The translations under genes were made by a program, and so were the position numbers. The notes under the pieces are model-generated. The model saw only the letters and a program-made list of their open reading frames with translations. It ran no database searches and was not told the DNA's origin. 32,000 nucleotides of DNA. Source: an uncultured archaeon. Lineage in GTDB: Archaea; Micrarchaeota; Micrarchaeia; Micrarchaeales; CABMGC01. Positions 17,340 through 25,825 of the stretch are shown here, in pieces; position 1 is the first letter of the stretch; each line of letters begins with the position of its first letter. The DNA is taken from assembly GCA_963704435.1 (NCBI GenBank), contig OY969902.1, positions 820,978 through 852,977 of the forward strand. The letters are read 5' to 3'.

Positions 17340-19238
17340 TCACTCTTTAGTATAACGCCTCCTATAGCCGAACGGGCTGAACCTCACTCCTCCGCCCTCG
17401 TAGAACTTCGAGAAGAACTCGACGAAGTTGAGCCTTACCGCCTGCACTGAGCCTTCGAAAATGCCCAGGATCATATTCATGAAATGCAACAATATAAAGA
17501 TTACCAAGGTCAGGGAGAACGCCAGTATCCCGCTGCTGAGGGACGGCGTGAACGCCACGTCTATGAGCATGGCCGTCATCACGCTCGCGAGCCCGAATCC
17601 CATGAGCCGCGCATAGCTCAGCGGGTGGGATATGAGGCTCGTCATCTCCGTCGCCTCCATGCCGCTTAGCGCGACGGTGACCCCTGCCGACGCTATCGAA
17701 ACCGCGGCCGCGACTGTCGCGACGCCTGAGCTGAAGACCCCGAAGAACATGCCCGCGACCGCAACGGTGCCCGCGACCAGAAACGCGATGGACGTGACCT
17801 TGCTTGCGGCAAGCTTGAGATGGCCCTTCCTGTACTGGTTGACGAACCCAAACGACAGGCCGAGGACTATCTGCACGATTCCCAAGAGCACCGTGGCCGC
17901 AAGTATGGTGGTCAGGTCCTTGAGCCAGTCGAAGCCCGTGAAGCTAGTGAAGTAGTGGTTCAGCGGAAGGCCGAAGTACTGGTTCGAAAGGAAGCCGAAT
18001 AGGATTACGGATATGGAGCACATCTGCCATATCTTCGCGGTGTTGCAGACCAGGTCGTCGGGATTGGTTATCCTCGTGACCAGCGTGGCGAGCAGCAGGG
18101 ACATTAGGCCGTAACCGACGTCGGATATCATAAGGCCGTAGAAGATGGGGAACGTGATTATGAATATCCAGGTCGGGTCGATCTCGTCGCTCCTTGGCAC
18201 GTTCACGAAACTTACCAGGAAGTCGAACGGCTTCAGGAACCCCGGCCTCCTGACGAGCGTGGGCGCGAGCTCGTCCGTCTCCAGCGCATCCAGCGCGAAC
18301 TTGCCCCTGACGACCCTATTGAGGTCTTCGCGGAGCACGCCGAGGTTCTTCTTCACGATCCAGCCCTCCACTATGAAGGTCGAATCCGTCTTCTTGAAGT
18401 TCGCGCTCACGCCTGCCCTATCGGACTCGACGGAGAGCATCTCGACCATGCTGGCTATCTCCAGATAGCTCTTAGCGGCGTGCCCGTCGAGCCTGCAGCC
18501 GATTCCGGCCTTCTCCTCGGTAAGCTTGCGCTCGCGGGCGCGGAGCCGCCCCAGCACGTCCTCAGCCTTGCCGTCAAGGCTGCCGTTCTCGATGTCTATC
18601 TCATATACGCCGCCCAATCCGGTGATGCCCTCCAACGCATCAGCGGCGGCCCTCCTGTACGCGACGAAGAGCAGGAGACCTTCCTTGGTCTCCTTGCGTA
18701 TGACCTCGCAGTCGCCTTTTAGCTTCGCGAGCTCCGCTTCGACTTTCACTGACGCGCCCTTCGCAACGGAGAACGCCCTGAACTCGAGCACTCCGCTTCT
18801 GAGCTTCGAGAAGTCTATGCCAGTGCCCGTGAAGCGCTTCGCGAGCGCGGCCGCCTCCCTGACTCCACCGAGCTCGTTCTCTATCGCGTTCCTCCTCTCC
18901 TCGAGCGAGAAGACCTCGTCGACCGCTTTCAGGGACCGCGCCTTTGCCACCAGCCGCTCTCCGTCCAGCTGCCTGTGAGACGCGGCGTGGGCCCTGACCC
19001 TCTTCTCGTCAAGGTGCTTGTCCACGACGGTCCGCAGCCTCTTGTCAAGGTGCCTCTTCAGTATCGCCTCCGCGGACCCATACCTCACGAGCAGCTCAGA
19101 GACGGCCGGCACCTCCACAGCCGCGTCGTCCTGCGCCGGGAGTGCGCTCTTCCTTATGTCGACGACCCCCTTCTTGTGGAGCTCCTTTATGACCTCGTAC
19201 TTCCGGTTCTTGAGAGCGATTATTCTGATCTTCTGCAT
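17340..19238 (-). CDS. atpI: A-type ATP synthase subunit I (a)
   Basis: Large N-terminal cytoplasmic region plus C-terminal TM bundle: FGLPLNHYFTSF, GYGLMSLLLA, HFMNMILGIFEGSVQAVRLNFVEFFSKFYEGGGVRFSPF. The track ORF begins at 19295; the ATG at 19238 (MQKIRIIALKNRKYEVIKELHKKG) is a better start and has GGAGG just upstream. Confidence 0.93.
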   Translation of the reverse strand: MQKIRIIALKNRKYEVIKELHKKGVVDIRKSALPAQDDAAVEVPAVSELLVRYGSAEAILKRHLDKRLRTVVDKHLDEKRVRAHAASHRQLDGERLVAKARSLKAVDEVFSLEERRNAIENELGGVREAAALAKRFTGTGIDFSKLRSGVLEFRAFSVAKGASVKVEAELAKLKGDCEVIRKETKEGLLLFVAYRRAAADALEGITGLGGVYEIDIENGSLDGKAEDVLGRLRARERKLTEEKAGIGCRLDGHAAKSYLEIASMVEMLSVESDRAGVSANFKKTDSTFIVEGWIVKKNLGVLREDLNRVVRGKFALDALETDELAPTLVRRPGFLKPFDFLVSFVNVPRSDEIDPTWIFIITFPIFYGLMISDVGYGLMSLLLATLVTRITNPDDLVCNTAKIWQMCSISVILFGFLSNQYFGLPLNHYFTSFTGFDWLKDLTTILAATVLLGIVQIVLGLSFGFVNQYRKGHLKLAASKVTSIAFLVAGTVAVAGMFFGVFSSGVATVAAAVSIASAGVTVALSGMEATEMTSLISHPLSYARLMGFGLASVMTAMLIDVAFTPSLSSGILAFSLTLVIFILLHFMNMILGIFEGSVQAVRLNFVEFFSKFYEGGGVRFSPFGYRRRYTKE

Positions 19239-19257
19239 CTCCTCCGTGCGAAGCAAG

Positions 19258-19581
19258 TCATTCACCAAGAATAAGATCCGCGACCTTGCCAGCAACCCTG
19301 CCGAGGGCCTCCTTGCTTGCTTTCGTGTCCCTGACCTTCGCCGCCTCCTTCTGCGCGTCAGCGAGGGCCTTCCTGTTCTCCGCCTCGAGCCTCTTTATTG
19401 CCTCTTCGATCCTCGCGGTCCTCTGCTCAGTCGTCCTCTTCGCGGCGTTCTCCCCAATCTCCTTCGCCTTTGAGCCCGCCTCATCAATGATCCTCCTGGC
19501 CCTGAGGTTCGCCTTCTCCATCATGCCCTTCGCGGAAACCTCCGCCGCCTCAACGTTGCTTATCGATTCCATTCCGCCCAT
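19258..19581 (-). CDS. atpH: A-type ATP synthase subunit H (stalk)
   Basis: 107 aa coiled-coil KANLRARRIIDEAGSKAKEIGENAAKRTTEQRTARIEEAIKRLEAE, first gene of the operon, directly before subunit I. Confidence 0.78.
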   Translation of the reverse strand: MGGMESISNVEAAEVSAKGMMEKANLRARRIIDEAGSKAKEIGENAAKRTTEQRTARIEEAIKRLEAENRKALADAQKEAAKVRDTKASKEALGRVAGKVADLILGE

Positions 19582-19619
19582 TCTATCCCGTACAAAAAGC
19601 GAAGGTAATAGAGAATTGA

Positions 19620-19632
19620 CAAATTTATAACC
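19620..19632 (-). promoter_or_regulatory. TATA box for the ATP synthase operon
   Basis: Reverse complement GGTTATAAATTTG, 39-51 nt upstream of the ATG at 19581. Confidence 0.6.
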
Positions 19633-19699
19633 TTTTCTTCGTATAGGACAAACCCGTCAAGGAAGGTCCGATGAAGAAGTGGCTGTCCGCCTGGTTTAA

Positions 19700-20881
19700 C
19701 TATGGTTTGTGAAGCTCGGATATGAGCGTTAGTACGTTGACAAACCGCACTTTGCATGCGCCGACTTCGGCGCTGGCCCCTTCGCCATCTTTGAAGACGA
19801 CAAATCCTTTCTTGGACCTATACGATTCTATGAACTGTCGCATTCCCGCACCGACAGCGCCTTCCGGCGACCTCACTTTGACCTCTATGGGGGTTATCCG
19901 ATTCCCGTCTTGGACCACGAAATCCACTTCTGCCTTGCCTTTGGATTGCCAATACCTGACATTCTTCCCCGCTTTTATCAGTTCGGATAGCACATAATTC
20001 TCGAATATCCTGCCATTGAGTTCCGCACCCATTCGAAAATCATTAGCTACTGCGTTCCTGAGCCCTGTATCTAGGAAGTACAACTTGGGTTGCTTCGTTA
20101 TCTCCTTGAGCTTGTTCTTGTAAAAGGGCATGATCCGCACTATGAGATAGCTCTTTTCCATTGCGTCCATGTATTTCTTGACGGACTGGAAGGACAGACC
20201 GACGTCCCTGCATACGCTGTTGTACTGGATTAGGTTACCGACGTAATGTGACAGGTATGCTGCGAGCCTCTCCAGCGCACCCACGTCCTCTATCCTGAAA
20301 GTCCTTGACATATCCTTAAGCACCATCGTTTCGTACAGGTTCCTGAGGAGAGCCTCCTTGCTCTGGTTGTCGCTCTCCAGCACGACCTTGGGATAGCCTC
20401 CGTATGCGATGTGCTCATCCACGCTTCGCGACAGCATCTTCCCAGTGGTTTCCGCATACCCTTTTGTGGAAAGGAACTCCTCAAGGGAAAACGGATACAT
20501 CTTTATGACCGCTACTCTCCCCACGAGCCATGAAAGCACATCCTTGCCCAGTATCGTCTCAGAGGAAGACGTTATCCAGAGCCTTTTTCCGACATCGGCC
20601 AGATACTTCAGCTTTTGGCCAGGGTCTTTCCCGTACTGGACTTCGTCAAGGACCGCCAGCCTGCCACCTTGAAGGTACTGGTTCTCGAATTTCTTTATGT
20701 CAGAATCGAACATCTCCCTTACGTCGGGGTCGTCGAAGAAAAGATAGGATGCGCCTGACTTTTCCGAGAGCGCCTTAAGGAACGTCGTCTTTCCAGCCTG
20801 CCTTGGGCCCACGACGGCGACTATGCCATTGGCCTTTGCCGCGGAGACGAATTCCTTGGTAATGCCTCTTTCGACGTACAT
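19700..20881 (-). CDS. AAA+ family ATPase of the DUF4143 C-terminal type
   Basis: MYVERGITKEFVSAAKANGIVAVVGPRQAGKTTFLKALSEK (Walker A), VLDEVQYG (Walker B-like), MEKSYLIVRIMPFYKNKLKEITKQPKLYFLDTGLRNAV, YWQSKGKAEVDFVVQDGNRITPIEVKV. The start at 20881 is preferred over the track start at 20962 because a TATA box lies about 26 nt upstream. Confidence 0.87.
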   Translation of the reverse strand: MYVERGITKEFVSAAKANGIVAVVGPRQAGKTTFLKALSEKSGASYLFFDDPDVREMFDSDIKKFENQYLQGGRLAVLDEVQYGKDPGQKLKYLADVGKRLWITSSSETILGKDVLSWLVGRVAVIKMYPFSLEEFLSTKGYAETTGKMLSRSVDEHIAYGGYPKVVLESDNQSKEALLRNLYETMVLKDMSRTFRIEDVGALERLAAYLSHYVGNLIQYNSVCRDVGLSFQSVKKYMDAMEKSYLIVRIMPFYKNKLKEITKQPKLYFLDTGLRNAVANDFRMGAELNGRIFENYVLSELIKAGKNVRYWQSKGKAEVDFVVQDGNRITPIEVKVRSPEGAVGAGMRQFIESYRSKKGFVVFKDGEGASAEVGACKVRFVNVLTLISELHKP

Positions 20882-20902
20882 GATGCTTAGTTGCACGCCG
20901 TC

Positions 20903-20911
20903 ATTTATATG
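20903..20911 (-). promoter_or_regulatory. TATA box for the AAA+ ATPase gene
   Basis: Reverse complement CATATAAAT, centred about 26 nt before the ATG at 20881. Confidence 0.6.
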
Positions 20912-20918
20912 TCTTTCT

Positions 20919-20978
20919 ACTAAAATTAAACTCAAGTTACAGTTTAGTCCAACTAAAATCAAACTAAAGTTAAATTTC
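20919..20978. repeat. Two imperfect 27-nt direct repeats (period 33) with an inverted repeat at the junction
   Basis: ACTAAAATTAAACTCAAGTTACAGTTT and ACTAAAATCAAACTAAAGTTAAATTTC (5 mismatches in 27). TTTAGT-CCA-ACTAAA inverted repeat at 20943-20957. Confidence 0.7.
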
Positions 20979-21036
20979 AGTAAAGGGCAGCGGCATTGCT
21001 TGGGCGTGCCGGCCCACAGCAGCGCGATTCCGAAGG

Positions 21037-23553
21037 CTAACCCGTCCCGTTGTATATTATCCTGAATATCTTCGTGTCAGGGTTGGCGTGCACCAGCTGC
21101 AGGCTGGCGAGGTTGTTGTCCCAAGGGCAAGAGCTGCTGCCGCACATGAAGAGGAACTTGACCAGGTTGGTGGCCATGATGCCGCTGCTCATGAGGTAGG
21201 CGTTGGTTATGTTCACCGGGATGTTGCCGTTCGGCACGCTCGAGTACATGATGAGAAGCGTGTCGTTGTTGGTCTGGTTGAACCCGGTCTGCGCGATTGA
21301 GGAGTATGTTGCGTTGTCCTCGTCGTAGAAGTCTATGTACTTGAACGGCGATATGCCGTTGTTAGGGAACACGAGGTAGCTCGTGAAGCTCCTGCCTCCG
21401 CTGACGTTGCGTATCACGGTCTGGGCATCGTACCCGTCGCCCGAGAACTCGAACAGCTGCGTCGTGGCGTTCATCCTCTCGCTTATGCTGGAGAACGGGC
21501 TGTAGCCGAAGACGTTGCTGCTGGCGTTTATCCCGGATTCGGTGAATATGCCCCCGCTCTCAAGCATCCACGTATCGCGCACTAGGAGATAGTCCGGCCT
21601 GCCATTGATGCTGCTGGTCAGGAACTGGGGGTCATCACTGGAGTTGAAGAGCCAATAGGCGAACGGGTCCGCCTTAGACGCGTTCTGCGACCCTACGCTG
21701 TCCGTGACGCTTGTGAGGTTCGCCACGCCCTCCACGACCGAGCCGTCTGGCCAGAGCGTGAGCACCACGCTGCTGCTGGCGGAGTTGTTCTTCAGCCATC
21801 CAACCGCGCTTATGAATGAGGGGTTTATGTTGTCCGCCGGGAAGAGCGACGGCAGGTACGACTGGCAGATGAATATCATGTAGATTACGATGGCTGCGAT
21901 GGCCACCAGGGACGCGAAGTAGAGAAGCTTGCGCCTCTTGCAGAACGTCGCTATCCAGTAGACGGTGTAGGCTCCGAATATCGACAGGGGCACGGACACC
22001 AGCGAGTTGAACCTTATCGCGTGCATCTGCAGGTAGGCGGTGAGCGCGAAGAACGAGATCAGCATCAGCAGCGGCTCGTCGAAGTCAAACTTTATCCTCG
22101 CGTTGCCCGTGTCGAGGCCTCCGCTGTCGTAGATCCGCATGAAGAGGTAGGGCAGGAATGTCAGCAGGAGCACCACCCACAATGCGACTATCAGGTCTTG
22201 CGCGTAGGTCGACGCCAGGATGATAATGCTCATCGGCGATGTGTACGTCTGCAGGCCGAAGCTCGATACGATGAACTGCGGTGTTGGCGGTTGCAGCTCC
22301 TGTATCGTCGAGGCGAAGCCGCTCGTAATCTCGAATCCGTTCGCCACGAATATCTGATAGACGAACCCAGGCAGGAGCAGGTATATGGCAAGGACGACCG
22401 CAAACGTGAACGCCACTGCGACCGCAAACCTGCCAGAATGGGTGTGCAGGAGGTTGCCCGGGATGACATGCTTGTGCCTTGCCTCCATAAGGTAGCTGAC
22501 GGCGTACCATCCCACAGCCATCGGTATGAACAGGTAGAAGAAGTATATGCCGGTGAAGGTCTGCCCTGAGAGTATGAATCCTGTTTGTATGTACGCGAAT
22601 ACCATCAGGAACCAGAACAGGAGCGCACCCAGCATGTACTTGCTGTCGTCAATCAGCTTCTTCCTATCGAACACGAACCCGAAGAGGAGTATCAGCGTGA
22701 ACGCCATGACGTACGTCGCGTTCGCAAACGATGCGCCGTTCCACACTGCGTTGCAGACGCTCAGGAAGAATCCCGAGAGGAGCATGTAAGCTACTTTTTT
22801 CTTTGTGCTAACTGCTTTGGAAATCTCGATTGCGAATATCAGTGCGATTATGAGGAATGCCGTCACGAAACTGTCTCCTCGATATATGAGGGCGCTGGTC
22901 CTCGCGGCGTTGCCCATGTTCAGCGCCAGGAACACCATCACGAGTATCCCGAACAGCTTGTCCTTGCTCAGGTACCGCGAGAGGAAGTATGCCCCTATGA
23001 CGTCGGCAATTCCGAACACTACAGGCATAAGCCGCATCACGGTGTAGTAGGTCACCCCGAAGAACCTCAGGAAGAAGTACGGCAACAGCGTCACCCAGTA
23101 CAGGCCGAACGGCTCGCCAACCCCCGCGTGGCTTGGCCAGCCGGATATGCCAAGTACGCTCGGCACCCTGAATCCGGCATTGATTGCTGCGCGGATGACT
23201 GAATAGTGGTAGTAGCCGTCTGGCTCGTAGAACCCGAAGAAGTGCAGCATCGATATGCGGAAATAGACTGTGAGAATAATGGCCGTCACGGCTCCCACTA
23301 TGAAAAGCACATTCCTGCAGTCCAACCCCGAAATCACGCCAGACTTCGAGGCGAAGGCCAGGGCCGCGATAGAGACCAACGCCAAGATAAGACCCGCAGC
23401 TGAAGTCAAATTCAATGACAGGCCGGAGGTCAGGATTAGAATTACACCAAGGACTATGCCTAAGCCCGAGGCGATTGCTAGACACAAGCTCAATGTAGAT
23501 TTTTTGGCCTGGTGACCAAGATGCTCATCAACGCTACTCAACAAATCACGCAA
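21037..23553 (-). CDS. STT3/AglB-like oligosaccharyltransferase-family membrane protein
   Basis: 838 aa with many TM helices. FYEPDGYYHYSVIRAAINAG near the N-terminus resembles the first acidic loop motif. A C-terminal soluble domain starts at ISAVGWLKNNSASSSVVLTLWPDGSVVEG. Confidence 0.8.
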   Translation of the reverse strand: MRDLLSSVDEHLGHQAKKSTLSLCLAIASGLGIVLGVILILTSGLSLNLTSAAGLILALVSIAALAFASKSGVISGLDCRNVLFIVGAVTAIILTVYFRISMLHFFGFYEPDGYYHYSVIRAAINAGFRVPSVLGISGWPSHAGVGEPFGLYWVTLLPYFFLRFFGVTYYTVMRLMPVVFGIADVIGAYFLSRYLSKDKLFGILVMVFLALNMGNAARTSALIYRGDSFVTAFLIIALIFAIEISKAVSTKKKVAYMLLSGFFLSVCNAVWNGASFANATYVMAFTLILLFGFVFDRKKLIDDSKYMLGALLFWFLMVFAYIQTGFILSGQTFTGIYFFYLFIPMAVGWYAVSYLMEARHKHVIPGNLLHTHSGRFAVAVAFTFAVVLAIYLLLPGFVYQIFVANGFEITSGFASTIQELQPPTPQFIVSSFGLQTYTSPMSIIILASTYAQDLIVALWVVLLLTFLPYLFMRIYDSGGLDTGNARIKFDFDEPLLMLISFFALTAYLQMHAIRFNSLVSVPLSIFGAYTVYWIATFCKRRKLLYFASLVAIAAIVIYMIFICQSYLPSLFPADNINPSFISAVGWLKNNSASSSVVLTLWPDGSVVEGVANLTSVTDSVGSQNASKADPFAYWLFNSSDDPQFLTSSINGRPDYLLVRDTWMLESGGIFTESGINASSNVFGYSPFSSISERMNATTQLFEFSGDGYDAQTVIRNVSGGRSFTSYLVFPNNGISPFKYIDFYDEDNATYSSIAQTGFNQTNNDTLLIMYSSVPNGNIPVNITNAYLMSSGIMATNLVKFLFMCGSSSCPWDNNLASLQLVHANPDTKIFRIIYNGTG

Positions 23554-23666
23554 TGCACAGAAACGTATGCCTGTATGGTCAATTATTGTAATTTATTGGA
23601 ACCGCAGGTTTAAATGCTTCGCGCAATGCCTCTTGCTGGGGTTTTGAGACAGCTGCGCAGAGTCGA

Positions 23667-24632
23667 TTATTTCAGGTCCTGGCTGATTAAGGCGAAAGCA
23701 TTCTTTACGACCTCCTTTGAGGTCCTGAACTTCGGGGTGAACCCCAGTGCCTTGATCCGCGAGTTGTCCAGAAATGAGTCGGGGACGTCGCCGGGCCAGC
23801 CCTGCTCGCCTCCCGCGTACGCTATCCTAGCTCCCGGAGCGAACGTATCGATTGCAATCTGCGCTATTTCCGCTACTGTGGCCTGGTCGTCGGTCGCTAT
23901 GTTGTAGATGTTCTGCCTGTTTCCCGACTTTGCATGCGCAAAAAGCATCGCGTCGATGCAGTCGTCGACGTCGACATAGGACTTCCTCTGCCTCCCATCA
24001 CCCAGCACGGACAGCTCGGACGGGTTGGCCCTGAGCTTCCTCGCGAAATCTGGGACCACTCCATGCGTGGAGTTCCTCCCCGCGACGTTGGCGAACCTGT
24101 AGATGGAATAGCCAATCCCGAACAGGTGCGAGAAGGCGGTTATCATTCCCTCGGACGCGAGCTTCGAGGCGCCGTACAGCGAGATCGGCTTCAGCGGACC
24201 GTAGTCCTCCGGCGTCGGCCGTCTGTCTGCGGTCCCATATACCACGCTGGAAGAAGAGAAGATCAATTCGGGAACGTCGCACTTCCTGGCCGCCTCCAGC
24301 ACGTGGTATGTGAGCATCGTCCCCTGGTCTATGTCCGTCATCGTGTTTGCTGTGCCCTTGGGCACGTCCGCGCTGGCAGCCAGATGCACGATCATCGATA
24401 TGTCGCTCCTCCTGAGCTCGGACTCGAGCCTCCCCGAGTCGTGGAGATCGGCGTTGACGAATTCGAGTTTCCCTAAGGAGACGAGGTCCTCTACGAATGA
24501 GTAGCTGCCCGTGCACAGGTTGTCGTAAGCGACGACCTTCGAGCAGGTCTTCGCCAGCCTCCTGCACATCGCGCTGCCTATGAAGCCGGCCCCGCCGGTC
24601 ACCAGTATCCTTGCGTTCTCTATGGCGCCCAT
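23667..24632 (-). CDS. NAD-dependent nucleotide-sugar epimerase (UDP-glucose 4-epimerase-like SDR)
   Basis: 321 aa. ILVTGGAGFIGSAMCRRLA Rossmann motif, YGPLKPISLYGASKLASEG (YxxxK), FRFANV-like YRFANVAGRNSTHGVV. Confidence 0.92.
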   Translation of the reverse strand: MGAIENARILVTGGAGFIGSAMCRRLAKTCSKVVAYDNLCTGSYSFVEDLVSLGKLEFVNADLHDSGRLESELRRSDISMIVHLAASADVPKGTANTMTDIDQGTMLTYHVLEAARKCDVPELIFSSSSVVYGTADRRPTPEDYGPLKPISLYGASKLASEGMITAFSHLFGIGYSIYRFANVAGRNSTHGVVPDFARKLRANPSELSVLGDGRQRKSYVDVDDCIDAMLFAHAKSGNRQNIYNIATDDQATVAEIAQIAIDTFAPGARIAYAGGEQGWPGDVPDSFLDNSRIKALGFTPKFRTSKEVVKNAFALISQDLK

Positions 24633-24658
24633 TCCAACAGAAGCATTTGCATTGGAAA

Positions 24659-24670
24659 GAATATAATAGG
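24659..24670 (-). promoter_or_regulatory. TATA box for the epimerase gene
   Basis: Reverse complement CCTATTATATTC, centred about 33 nt upstream of the ATG at 24632. Confidence 0.55.
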
Positions 24671-24751
24671 GCCATCAAGTTAGTGGAATGTGACTGGTCG
24701 AAAGGAATATCAACCAATCAAATGCAACTATAACTCATCGGTGCACTCAGG

Positions 24752-25825
24752 ATGGCAAAACCAAAGCTGTCGATACTGATATTCTCAAGGAACGACATAG
24801 ACGCCGCGCTGAGCCTCATCAATGACGTTTATGGCCTGTCTGATGATATTATCGTCTTCGACTCGAGCAGGAAGGCGCAGCACGAGCGGCTGCTTCGCGC
24901 GAAGCGGAACGGGCGGTTGAACAAGGTCAGGATCCACTACGTTGTGCCGCTGGGCTATCCCGACCCGCTGAGGATGTACGCGATGAGCAAGTGTAGGCAC
25001 GAGTGGGTGCTGCTTCTGGATACGAACGAAAGGCTGTCGAAAAGCTTGAAGGGGAACATACTTGACGTTATCCGGGATGCGGACTGCAATGCCTTCGCGA
25101 TTAAGAGGTACGAGAATGTTTCGGCAGACGGCACAAAGACCAAATTCTTCACTTGGCAGATAAGAATCTTCAGGAAGAGCAGAGTGAGCTTCAAGGGCAT
25201 GCCACACGAACAAGCCATAATAGAAGGGGATTTGGGAAGGCTAGAGCAGAAATATTTCTACATAGAGCACAGGACGGATCTTATGCACAGGGAGGTAAGC
25301 GTCTACGGCAAGATTCTGGAGGTCTTCGGGAGGATGTCCTATGGTACGGTCAACCAGAATCTGCTCTATTACCTGTACAAGATCCAGATGCCGAGAAGGA
25401 AGGATAAGCCAACATTGTCGGCCAGACTGCTGTCTTATGCATTGTCCGCATACGAGATGCTCGGGTCGAAGAGGCTCGACCAGGAACTGACAGATTCGGA
25501 TTACGTCCTGTTCCTATTCATGCTCTATGCAGGCTACTCGATAAAGCAGCTCAGCCTGCGCACGCTCCTTTCAGCGCTTCCTTCTGCAAGGGTCGATGCA
25601 GAGAGGATAAAGCGGTATCAGACCCGCGGCCTTACGCGCATGCAGATGTTCAGAGCGGCAGAGGCCATAAACAAAATAGGGATCATAGACATTCTCGAGC
25701 TCTACGACGACCGGGCAGTGAAACATCTGAATGCAAAATACGGCCCTGACGACCGCGGCATCGAGCTGCTCATGGACATCATTGCCGCGTGGGAGAGAAA
25801 AGGTGAGCGGGGTAGAGCAATATGA
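24752..25825 (+). CDS. GT2-like glycosyltransferase
   Basis: 357 aa. KLSILIFSRNDIDAALSLINDVYGLSDDIIVFDSS, HEWVLLLDTNERL (modified DxD region), IRIFRKSRVSFKGMPHEQ. Confidence 0.8.
   Translation: MAKPKLSILIFSRNDIDAALSLINDVYGLSDDIIVFDSSRKAQHERLLRAKRNGRLNKVRIHYVVPLGYPDPLRMYAMSKCRHEWVLLLDTNERLSKSLKGNILDVIRDADCNAFAIKRYENVSADGTKTKFFTWQIRIFRKSRVSFKGMPHEQAIIEGDLGRLEQKYFYIEHRTDLMHREVSVYGKILEVFGRMSYGTVNQNLLYYLYKIQMPRRKDKPTLSARLLSYALSAYEMLGSKRLDQELTDSDYVLFLFMLYAGYSIKQLSLRTLLSALPSARVDAERIKRYQTRGLTRMQMFRAAEAINKIGIIDILELYDDRAVKHLNAKYGPDDRGIELLMDIIAAWERKGERGRAI

Noticed and set aside
20919-20978. Direct repeats considered as a mini CRISPR array
   Set aside because: Only two imperfect copies with a 6-nt gap, no spacer-sized unique sequence and no cas genes nearby. 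Regulatory repeats fit better.
21085-23515. Several plus-strand ORFs of 60-205 aa within the STT3-like gene
   Set aside because: All antisense to a single 838 aa ORF with consistent TM topology. No motifs or ribosome sites support them.
23998-24717. 239 aa minus-strand ORF overlapping the epimerase start
   Set aside because: Shifted-frame shadow of the epimerase gene, whose Rossmann and YxxxK motifs are clear.
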